Source: Reclinomonas americana ATCC 50394 (taxonomy: Eukaryota). From it: a DNA stretch of 64,000 bases. The position numbers were made by a program, and so were the translations under genes. The stretch spans positions 232,915-296,914 of the forward strand of contig PS015022.1 of the NCBI GenBank assembly GCA_048213135.1. The letters are read 5' to 3'. Below the pieces are notes generated by a model. That model ran no database searches, had not been told where the DNA came from, and saw nothing but the letters and a program-made list of their open reading frames with translations. This document shows positions 1 through 10,294 of this stretch, piece after piece (the first letter of the stretch is position 1; the number at the start of each line of letters is the position of its first letter).

Positions 1-125
1 GTGTCGGTTTCCTTGTGTTCTCGCGTCAGTACGCGTACGAGCACACGTGACAAGGCGATTAGTGCTCAGCCTACGTGCCTGCAACCTGCCAAGCACCTGC
101 ACTTCGTGGGGGTCATGGTCGACAT
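1..125 (-). CDS. Probable 5' end of an unidentified gene running off the left edge
   Basis: ATG at 125 (MSTMTPTKCR), donor AG|GTGCTT at 96, TACTGAC branch-like motif and AAG acceptor near 12. It lies head-to-head with the next gene, like other gene pairs here. Too short to identify. Confidence 0.35.
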
Positions 126-348
126 CAATTACCTTCTTTTTCGAATTCGCGATCGAATTCGCGCGATCGATCGCGATCGACGTCGGCTGCATGCAAACTC
201 CCGATCGCTTGCAGTCGACCTTTGCTTGACCGGACCCGAAGGCCAAGCTCCAGAACCCACACGCCTGCGCCTTCCGCAAGGACAACTTCGTTGCATGCGT
301 GTCCTGCATGCTGCATTCCCTTCGTCTTTCTCCGACGTTCTCGAGCGC

Positions 349-3300
349 ATGAAACCCGCCAAGAGCTTCCGCCGCAAGAAGCGCGCGACAGTCGGCGACT
401 CCGATGAAAGCGACTCGGACGGTGGCGACACCAAGATGAAGTCGACAACAAATGGCGCCAAAAGCAAGTCGACTTCTTCCTCCTCTTCCTCCTCCACTGT
501 TGCTGCTGCAGTGTCAACAAAGCCCAGTGTGCCTCTGGCCACGCTGAGCTTTGGCGATGAGCTGGCCGAGGTGCGTGTGGACATGTCACCCTTGACTCTC
601 TCTCTTTCTCGTTCTCTTTCTCATGTCTGTCTGTGTGTGTGTGCTTGTTTAGGAGGAAGAGGAGATTGTGTTGAAAAAGTCAACTTCGTCTGCGTCGTTG
701 AATCGACGCGGAAAGAGCGATAAGGCGACGAGTAGTCCAGTGCATTCCTTCAAGGACAAGACCGAGCGCAAGGCGTTGCGTGGACTCTCTCTCTCTCTCT
801 GTGCCTCTCTCTCTTTCCCTCTCTCTCTCTCTCCTTGCCTCCTTGCCTCTCTGCCTCTCCTTGCCTCCCTTCCTCCCTCTCTATCTGTCACTGTGCCACT
901 GCCTCTCTGTTTCTACCTCTCGTTGACTCATTGCCTCCCCCCACCCTCTCTCTCTCTCTCTGCCTCCCTCCCTCCCTCCCTNNNNNNNNNNNNNNNNNNN
1001 NNNNNNNNNNNNNNNNNNNNNNNNNNNNNNNNNNNNNNNNNNNNNNNNNNNNNNNNNNNNNNNNNNNNNNNNNNNNNNNNNNNNNNNNNNNNNNNNNNNN
1101 NNNNNNNNNNNNNNNNNNNNNNNNNNNNNNNNNNNNNNNNNNNNNNNNNNNNNNNNNNNNNNNNNNNNNNNNNNNNNNNNNNNNNNNNNNNNNNNNNNNN
1201 NNNNNNNNNNNNNNNNNNNNNNNNNNNNNNNNNNNNNNNNNNNNNNNNNNNNNNNNNNNNNNNNNNNNNNNNNNNNNNNNNNNNNNNNNNNNNNNNNNNN
1301 NNNNNNNNNNNNNNNNNNNNNNNNNNNNNNNNNNNNNNNNNNNNNNNNNNNNNNNNNNNNNNNNNNNNNNNNNNNNNNNNNNNNNNNNNNNNNNNNNNNN
1401 NNNNNNNNNNNNNNNNNNNNNNNNNNNNNNNNNNNNNNNNNNNNNNNNCCTCTCTCCTCCTCCTCCTCCTCTCTCTCTCTCTCGTCGTCTCCTCTCTCCT
1501 CTTCTTCTCTCTCGTCTCTACTCTCTCCCTCCCTCCCTCCTCTCTCTCTCTCTCTCCTCCCTCCCTCCCTCCCTCCCCCCTCCCCTCCTCTCTCTCTCTC
1601 TCTCTCTCTGCCTCTCTGTCTCTCTGCCTCCCTCTGTATCCCTTTCCCTCTTTGCCTTCTCCGCCTCTCTGCCTCTCATATGGATCAACAGCGCTGGAGC
1701 ACCCAAGCCGGCCATGGCAAGCACTGGCGAGTACACCGCCGACAAGCTGGCGGCACTCAAGCAGAAATCGTTCTCGTTTGGCGCACGAGGTTGCGTCTCT
1801 GGCCTCTGCCCCCTCTCTCCTGCCCCACCTCTTCTCACACATCGCGGGCGATGCAGGTCGATCTGTTGGCGACGACGGTGGCGACGACAGTGGAACGATC
1901 CCCGACGAGGATTTCATTCTGGCGGCGAAGAAGAAGCGTGGCGAAGCTCGTCTGCAGCAGCAGCAGCAGCAGCAGGCGGCGGCAGCGGCTGGTGGTGGTG
2001 CGGGCAATGCAGAGGATTTCATCTCGTTGGATATGCGTGAGGCGAAGAGTCGGCTGGTGCGCGAGGACGACGATCACGATGATATGCTGGGTGCGTGTGT
2101 TTCGGATAGCCGCCTGCTGTGTCTCGGCGGTCTCATGCTCGATGCACAGATGCGTACGGGCAACGAGATACCGCGCGCATCTCCATGTCGGGACCGGCGG
2201 TGGACTCCAAGGCCGACATGGAGCGCGACATTCCCACTCGCGGAGTGCGCGACGATGCCGACGAGATTGGGAAGTGGGAGCAGCAGCAGCTGCGCAAGGC
2301 CAACATTGCGCTCACGGCTGGCAAGTCAGGCAAGCCGCGACTGGCCATCTCGGGTGATGTGGCGTATGATCCAGCGGCGGCGGAGCAAGCAGTGTTTGGT
2401 GAGTTGGAGATTGTAGAAGAGGCGTGCACGCTCTCTCTCCCCTTTCATGCTCTCTTCATGAGAGAGGGAGAGCTAGATGGAGTTCAGGTTCAGCTTTCCT
2501 TGTGTCTCCCCTTCCACGCATCAATCTCAATATCTCTGGCGTCTGTCGCTGTTCTCCTCGCTTTCACTTTTCTGACGCGCACTTTTTCTATCTCTCTCGC
2601 GTGTTCCCAACTCTTGCTGTTGTCCCTTGCCCCTCTTCTTTTCCCCTTTCCATTTCTCACCCATTGTCACACAGACCTGCAGTCCGTGGATCCACTGCAA
2701 TCGTTCCGCGACTTGGAGCGACAACTGGAGAGCTCGCTGGAGATTATTGTGCAGGTGAGTCCGCTCGTGCTAGGGCGTCAATGTCACTGCATTCTCTCGT
2801 TTTCTCTGTGTCTGTCCCTTTCTGTTGTCTCTGTTCCCATTCTCTCCCCCATTCTCTCCGCCCTTCTCTCCCCCATTCTCTCCACCATTCTCTCCCCCAT
2901 TCTCTCCCCCATTCTCTCCCCCATTCTCTCCCCCGGTCTCTCCTCCATTCTCTCCCCTATTCTCTCCCCTTCTCTCTCCCTTCTCTCTCCCTTCTCTCTC
3001 CCTTCTCTCCCCCTTTCTCTCCCCCACTCTCTCCCCATTCTCTCCCTCCCCCATCACCCATCCTCGCCTTTCCCCTTCCCCCTTCCCCCTTCCCCTTGTA
3101 CCCTTTCCCCTTCCCCCTCTCACCCTTCCCCCTTGTCAGTCCCGCTCCGTTGTCAGCGGCCAACTCGACTCGGTCAACAAGGAGATCGAACAAACAATGC
3201 AGCTCAGCGACCTCTCGAGCGAGGGCTTCAAGGAGATCAGTGCCGACTTTGCCTTCTTCCAAGAGACGCGCCAGTTCGTGGAGGACTTGGCCGACTGCTT

Positions 3301-5338
3301 GGCGGAGAAGGTGCCGCGGTTGGAGATGTGCGTGGATCAGGTGGCCAAGCTGCGCGAGCAGCACTACCAGGCGTTCTACGAGCGTCGCTACACGGATTGG
3401 GATGACGATTTCACCGAGGCCGTGCGAGGTGTGGTGCGCGATCCGGCCATATTGACGAGGAGAGTGGCGAGGAGGCGGCGGCGCACCGCCAAGGGCAAGG
3501 TGGGCGACTTTTCGACGGGAGACTCGGACACGGAGGGCATGAGTGACGACGAGGCCAAGTCGCTGGAGGATGCGTGTGGTTCGCCATTTCCCCACGCCTT
3601 TTTCTCTCACGCCAAAGTTGTTGACTGTTTCTTCTTGCCAGGTGATGTGATTCGCGAGGCGCAGGCGCTCTTTGCGGACGTAGAGGAAGAGTACTGCTCG
3701 TTGCAGCGATTGCAGGCGCGCTTTGAGAGATGGAAGTATGTGCACGGCAAGTCGTACAAGGAGGTCCGTGAGAAGAAAATCACCTGTGCCACCAGTGAGG
3801 CAGCTCTGCGCTAACACTCGCGAATAGGCGTACATTGCGCTGACGCTGCCGCTGGTGTTCTCACCGTTCGTGCGACAAGAACTGCTGTCGTGGGATCCAC
3901 TGTACTCGCGCCGAGTGCGCAGCCTGGACGACATGCAGTGGTATCGCGCGTTGTTCACGTACGGCACCAAGCCCATGCCAAAGGTGCGTCTCCTTTCCCG
4001 GGGCCCTTCCCGCTCACGCAGTCACGAAACTCTTTATTACTCACAGTCACACACAAACTACTCTCTCTCTCTCTCTCTCTCTCCTCTCTCCTCTCTCTCC
4101 TTTGTCGCCCTCGCGATCGCACTCACACTTCTTTCTCTGTCACTCACTGCATCTGAATCGTGTGACCCCCCAGCCCGCCCGCGCCGGCTTCGACTCGGAC
4201 TCAGAGGAGGAGGAAGACGACGACCTGCAGATCATTCCCGAGCTTGTCAAGGGCGTGGTACTGCCGCTGGTGGTGCATGCCATGCGCACCACCTACGATC
4301 CGCTGTCGAGCGTGTGCACGCGCCGTGCGGTGGCCCTGGTGCGCGAAATGGCCGAGTACGTGGATCCAGTCTCTGCGCAGATGAGGGTGCGTGACGTGGG
4401 AACCAACAATCTCCACTCGTGTCTGGTCTCTGACGTGCGTGGTCCAGGACTTGTACGAGGCCGTGGTGGAGCGGCTGCGCAGTACCGGCAAGAGACTGCG
4501 TGCACCAGATCTCGGTGTGCAACAATCGCCCACCGCAAACATGGTGTCGAACTGTCGCCTGTCGCTGGCGCTCAAGTTCATCCGCAACGTGTCCGCGTGG
4601 GAGGGCACTCTGTCACCCATTGTGCTGCGAAACATTGCATGCGAGGAGGTGGTGAATTCGTTGTTGATGCGGCCGTTGGCGCAACTGGTCGAGGGTCCCA
4701 CACTGGTCAGCATGGTCGACAAGGTGCGCGTCCGTCCATCGCACAATCACGTACCGTTCTCTCTTCCACTCCCTTCGCTTAGTTTCCTTCTTCTCTCTCC
4801 ACTGTCTTTTCCTTCTTCTCATATTCCTTCTCCCGTTCATTTCTCTTGCCTTCCTTTCCTCTCTTCCCTCTTTCCCCTCCACTCATTTTCGTTCTCCTCT
4901 GTTCGCTTACTTTCCCTCTTCTCATCTTCCATTTCTCTTTCTCCTCAGTTCGCTTCGGTTTTCCCCTTCGTCTCATCTGCCTTCTCCCCATTCTCCTCTC
5001 TTCGCTTTCTTTCCCCTCTTCTCTTCCCTTCCTTCTCCTCTCTTCGCCCTCTTCTCATCCTTCTCCCCCTCTTCCCCCTCCGCCAGATCGTTCGGTCACT
5101 GCACCAAGCATGGGGCGGCACATCACCCAAGATGCTGCCGGGATCGCCGTGTCCCGAGTGGTTGCACCAGTTGCGCGTGCAGGCGCTGCGGGCGGCCAAC
5201 TTTGTACAAATGGTACAACGAGCCGGCGGCAATCACCCGTGCGCCATGTTGTACCCCGAGATGCTGCAAGCGACCGTGCTCGCCCTCCAATACTGCTGCG
5301 AACACGAGCGCGCCGAGCGTCTCCAACACCAATCATAA
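349..5338 (+). CDS. GC-rich sequence DNA-binding factor-like protein (GCFC2/PAXBP1/Ntr2-ILP1 family), about 12 exons, one intron spans an N gap
   Basis: Spliced motifs LSFGDE, IPDEDFILAAKKKR, WEQQQLRK, FFQETRQFVEDLADCLAEK, LFADVEEEYCSL..RFERWK..SYKEAYIALTLP..FSPFVRQELLSWDPL, YDPLSS, typical of the GCFC domain. All 11 introns are GT-AG and in frame. Stop TAA at 5336-5338. Confidence 0.85.
2836..2965 (+). repeat. Intronic 12-bp tandem repeat (CCCCATTCTCTC)n
   Basis: About 10 imperfect copies inside a pyrimidine-rich intron of the GCFC gene. Confidence 0.85.
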
Positions 5339-5497
5339 ATCAAGTCGGCATTGCTCTTGTTCATGATTATTTTTTCGCATCACACACACTGCAGAGCAGC
5401 ACCGACTCTCATGTGCTCTCTGCCGCACGGGACGGCAGAGGAGAGTGCAGGCGTACAAGATCGAAAGATAGATAGATGGGGGAGAGGACACGGTGAC

Positions 5498-6569
5498 TCA
5501 GCAGCGTTCCGACGGTGACACCAGCTCACCGTCGCGCAGACGTTCCCTCAGCTTCTCAATCTCCACGTACGCCAGCGAGTTGACGGCGGTCGCGGCAGTG
5601 ATCTGTTGTGCCGAGGCGTAGTACACATCGGCCGACACCGCAATGAAGTGGATCTCGTCGTCGGTCAGGTCGCGCACGTACTTGCCCGGGTTACCGGCCC
5701 ACAGCTGCGCGCACCCACACACAAGAGATCAATCACAAGAGTCTTCTCTCTGGAAGGAGAAGGGGCGAGCAGTGGCCCACCTGTCCTGCCGGCACACGAG
5801 TGCCAGCTAGCAGCACGGTTCCGGCCGCCAGCATCGACTGCGGCTCCATGACGCAGCCCTCCAACACAATGGCGCCCATGCCCACCAGCGTCTCCTTCAT
5901 CAGCGTGCAGCCATGCAGAATGGCATTGTGACCTGCAAGCGGGTCGAGGCATGAGTAGGAGAGGGGAAAGAAGAGGAAGAAGAGGAGGGAGAGGAAAAAG
6001 ACGTACCGACAGTGACAAAGTCACCAATCGAGGTCACCGGCGCACTGCCGTCGGCGCGCGTCTCTCCCGGCGCCGTCACCACCACGCCGTCCTGCAGATT
6101 CGAGTACGCACCGATCATGATGCGACCGACGTCACCTGCGAGAGGAGAGGGAAAGAGAGTTCAGTGTCTCGCCGCGTCACTCTTACACACACCCTCTTGT
6201 TCTCTCTCTCTCTCTCTCTCTCCTCTCGTACTCTCTCGTCNNNNNNNNNNNNNNNNNNNNNNNNNNNNNNNNNNNNNNNNNNNNNNNNNNNNNNNNNNNN
6301 NNNNNNNNNNNNNNNNNNNNNNNNNNNNNNNNNNNNNNNNNNNNNNNNNNNNNNNNNNNNNNNNNNNNNNNNNNNNNNNNNNNNNNNNNNNNNNNNNNNN
6401 NNNNNNNNNNNNNNNNNNNNNNNNNNNNNNNNNNNNNNNNNNNNNNNNNNNNNNNNNNNNNNNNNNNTACGTACGTACGTACGTACGACGTACGACGACG
6501 ACGACGTACGACGACGAGGAGGAAGGAAGGAAGGTAAGTACGTACGTACGTCGTCGTCGTCGTCCTCTA

Positions 6570-6644
<75 letters not shown>

Positions 6645-8005
6645 CTCTCATGCCTCTCTCAAACGCGTCATCTCTTTCATGCCTCTCTTCTCACCCATGT
6701 TCACGCCACTCTGTCTTCTCTCCTCGTTCTCATTCACATGCATGCATCTCGCTCTCTGCATCGATATCACATCTCACTCTCTCTCTCTTTCCTAACACTC
6801 TCTCTGTCGCTATCTCCCTCACGTGCCACTTCTTCTCACTCACATGCATCATTCATCTGGCTCTCACTCACGTGCACCTCACGCTCTCTGCAATTCTCGC
6901 GTTCAACACTTACTGCATCTCCCTCGCCTCTCACGCTCTTCACGCTCTTCTTCTCTCTCTCATTCTCACCACCCGTTCACTCACATGCATGCATCTCGCT
7001 CTCTCAATCACACCTCACGCTCTCCGCTTCTCTCGCATACTCTCTCTCTCGCTCTCCCTCCACTGATTGAACTCGCATGCATTCGCCTCTCAATCGCACT
7101 CATTGCATCTCTCTCACCCCAATAGCTCTCAGTTACACACACTCTCACAGTCTCTCACAGTCCAGTTCTTCTTTCCCGCATGCATCTCCATCTCTCACGC
7201 ACTCGGCTCTCGCCACTCGTTCGCGCACGCATGCATCTCTTTCTCCCTCCATTGATTGCTCGCATGCATACATCTCTCAATCACACTCGTTGCATCTCCC
7301 TCACCCCAATAGCTCTCTCTCTCTCTCTTACACACACACTCACAGTCTCTCGCGCACCAGTTCTTCTCCCTCGCATGCATCTCCATCTCTCACGCTCTCC
7401 CTCGACTCTCGCCACTCGATCCACTCGCATGCATGCATCTGTCTCAATCATACACTCCATCTCTCTCCCTCCCTNNNNNNNNNNNNNNNNNNNNCCCCAA
7501 TCCCTTCCCCTTTCACCCCCTTCCATCACTCACCGCGCAACACACACCCAGGCCACACACTCGCCCGATCCGACACAAACACATTGCCCACCAACGTCGC
7601 ACTCGGATGCACATACGCCTCCACAGACACAGACGGCCGTCGCTCATCATCAAGCACAATCAACGACCGATGTCGCGAGTCTACACAACACACAAAGACA
7701 CACACAACACACACACACACACACACATGCACACAAAGACACATGTACACAAAGACACACACGAAGACACAAAGACACACAAAGACACACACACACATAC
7801 ACACACAGAGTGAGCACACAGAGGCAAAGAGAGAGTGCGCGTGTGCGTGTGAGAGTGATGCGCGCACGCAACATGGCTCTCGGTACTGCTCATACAGTCT
7901 CTTCAGCACTTGCCCGGCCACAGGTGCTGCGTTGCTGCTCTCGCCTGACGCGCCCGCAGAGGCAAACGCACGCAGTCCACGACCAACCAACACACGCGAC
8001 AACAT
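5498..8005 (-). CDS. Gamma carbonic anhydrase-like protein (probable mitochondrial complex I subunit), 5 exons
   Basis: Presequence-like N-terminus MLSRVLVGRGLRAFASA. Hexapeptide beta-helix YVHPSATLVGNVFVSDRASVWPGCVLRGD, IGAYSNLQDG, VTVGHNAILHGCTL, LVGMGAIVLEG, LWAGNPGKYVRDLT. Confidence 0.9.
6577..6641 (+). repeat. (CT)n microsatellite in an intron
   Basis: Long CT dinucleotide run next to an assembly gap. Confidence 0.9.
7053..7420 (+). repeat. Diverged tandem duplication of about 190 bp in the gamma-CA intron
   Basis: Blocks starting near 7053 and 7242 share CTCCCTCCAyTGATTG..CTCGCATGCAT..CTCTCAATC..TTGCATCT..TCACCCCAATAGCTCTC..CACAGTCTCTC..CCAGTTCTTCT..GCATGCATCTCCATCTCTCACGC..CTCTCGCCACTCG. 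Confidence 0.8.
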
Positions 8006-8110
8006 CGTCAAAAAGTGACTCACTTTCGTCGATCGAAACAGACGGTCAACCGTGACACAACTCCTCCTTGCTGATCGTTGCTCACACACACACACAAGAC
8101 GGCAAGAGGA

Positions 8111-10050
8111 ATGAGTCGCGCGCATCACAGTGGCCGCCGCGATGATGACGAAGAAGACGACGTGCCGACGTCGGGCATTTCCATAGGCCCCGACGACCTC
8201 ACACTCTTGGCGCCCGCGCAAGAGCAAGCCAACAATAACATCGAGGAGGAGGAGGAGGATGAGTACGCGAGTCGGCGACCGGCGATTGCCGTGACAAAGA
8301 GCCCGCGTCATGTCGTGGTCTCGGGGTCTGTCCAGACGCCGAGCATGCCACCTCATCGCGCGCCTTCGGGGATTGTCTCGCGTGGAGGCGGCGGCGATGA
8401 GGAGCAGCCGTCGCAGTCGCAGGACGCGTTGGCCAGTGATGAGCAGACGCAGGAGGACGACGACGGAGATGACGACGAGGTTGACGATGAGGCGCATGCA
8501 ACTCCGCACAGGTTAGGCTTCGCGCGTAAGAAGAAGAAGACGGCGACGAAGAAGCCGAAGAAGGAGCGTGTGTTGAAGATTCCCGCGCGATGTTGCGTGC
8601 GGCCGCCGGGTTTGTGTGTGCATACGTGCATGTGGCGTAAACTCAATTCGCTTGATTAGTTTATGTGGACTTTTCGCCGCGTTTGGATCGCTGGTTGCGG
8701 CCGTTTGACGACTGGATCATTCGCTTTGTGCAGAAAGCCGATGGGAAGTTCGCCTATTATTTGAGTCTGTTCATGACAGGTTGGTATTGATTGCAGCGCG
8801 ATCGATATTTTCCGTCGTTTGTGCAGACTCTTTTGTATTTGCATGCAGCGGTGACGGCGATTGAGACGATTCTGGTGGCGCCGTTCATTCTGTTCCTGCT
8901 CGGGCAGGATCAGTACGGCTCGATTGTGCTGTTCCAGGCGTTGACGCTGGTGATCATTTCGCAGTTGCCGAAGCGCTTCTTGTGGCGCACGCGGCCTTTT
9001 AGTGTGGGTCGCGCCAAGCAGAAGCGATGGGATATGACCTCGTCGTTCCCCTCGCGCGCGGTCACAGTTGCGTGCACAAGCGGTGGTGGTCGTTGTCTTC
9101 TGTGAGCAGTGGAGCTGATGCGCCTTGCCGCAGTGTTCGGTGGTGTATGCATACTTGGCGTGCGAGGCCTACAATGTGTACTCGGGCGGTCGCGGCTCCT
9201 TCCAGTGGTGGTTCCCGGTGCTCATGTTCTTCTCGATCCTGTTCAGCAGCCTGTCACGAGTTGCGCTCGCTTCTCTCCTCTCCTCTCCTCCATCGTTGGA
9301 TGCTCATGGACATGCAGATCAATCTCGGCGTGCACTACCCATCCGACTGCATCGGTGGCGTCCTGCAGGGCGTCATTGTGTGCTTGCTCGGCTGGCTGCT
9401 GCACAGCTCCTACGCGGGTGGCTGCTGCCTCGGCGGCGACGACGAGTGCGTGTTGTCTATCTCACTTTCGCTTCCTTGCTGTCTACTAGTCTGTCTGACT
9501 CTCTTGCGTGCTTGGACATCAGTTTCTGCCATGCACCGCACGAGACGGCGCTGCGTTGGGGCCAAGTAAGCGATCTCAACTGGCCGCTCTTTGTCGGCCT
9601 GACGGTGGTGTTCTTGAGCGTGGCCATTCTCAGCGTGCTGCCTCCGCTCAAGTTTTGGGAAAAGTGCCACTATTCATACGGGTAAGAGACTCGCAAACGG
9701 ATACGGAAACTTACGAACGCACGTCATTTACTCCGCACTCGCAGCATGCTGTTGCCATCAGTCACCTATTGCGTCACGCTGCTGTGCCCGTTGCACTCGC
9801 GCGGCGGTCTCTCAGCCCTGGAAGCCGTCGGCACCCCCGGCGGCCTCTCCTATCTTGTAGCCCCTGTTGGTCAGTGGAGCAATAGCACAGACAATGCACG
9901 CGTTGTTCCCCTAAATCCGCCTCGCTCACAGTCGCCATTGGATGCACCGCCGCCGGCCTGGCCATCCGCGGCCGCTGGTACATTACCGTACCCGCCTACC
10001 TCGGCTTCTACACCATCGTCTTCATCGTGCTGATCATGTGGCGATTGTGA
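8111..10050 (+). CDS. PAP2-superfamily integral membrane phosphatase-like protein with acidic N-terminal extension, 8 exons
   Basis: C1 motif KRFLWRTRP, C3 motif SR|INLGVHYPSD, C2 position reads SSFPSRAV. Several hydrophobic segments. Stop TGA at 10048-10050. Confidence 0.8.
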
Positions 10051-10294
10051 TCGATAAAGTTCAACCGGAAATGTCCAATACCGCCAGAAAACTCCATTCG
10101 CTTGTTTCCGTTTTCGTCTAGTCCCGCGGCCTGCTTGATTGCAATCCATCGCTCAAACTCAACAGCAAAAAAGAGCAGCGAGAGCAGACAAGGTCACGCA
10201 CGTGTTCACGACTTGCGAAGCTTCTATCCATTGAGAAGCTTCCGAAAGGACAACACGCAGACGGAGGACAAAAAGCTCAAGTTTCTTGTGCGAG

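Noticed and set aside
668-2416. Long ORFs spanning N runs and CT tracts (also 5951-7070 and 22555-22995)
   Set aside because: They stay open only because N and CT/GA repeats contain no stop codons. These regions are introns.
2399-2430. Apparent GC-AG intron donor at 2422
   Set aside because: A canonical GTGAGT donor at 2399 gives the correct phase with the acceptor at 2674.
6468-6565. TACGTACG/ACGACG periodic sequence beside a gap (similar text at 22948-23056)
   Set aside because: It occurs only at gap edges and cycles through T-A-C-G, as expected for low-quality pyrosequencing read ends. Likely an artefact, not a biological repeat.
7053-7420. Possible transposon or MITE in the gamma-CA intron
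   Set aside because: No terminal inverted repeats, target-site duplication or coding remnant are visible. A local tandem duplication explains it.
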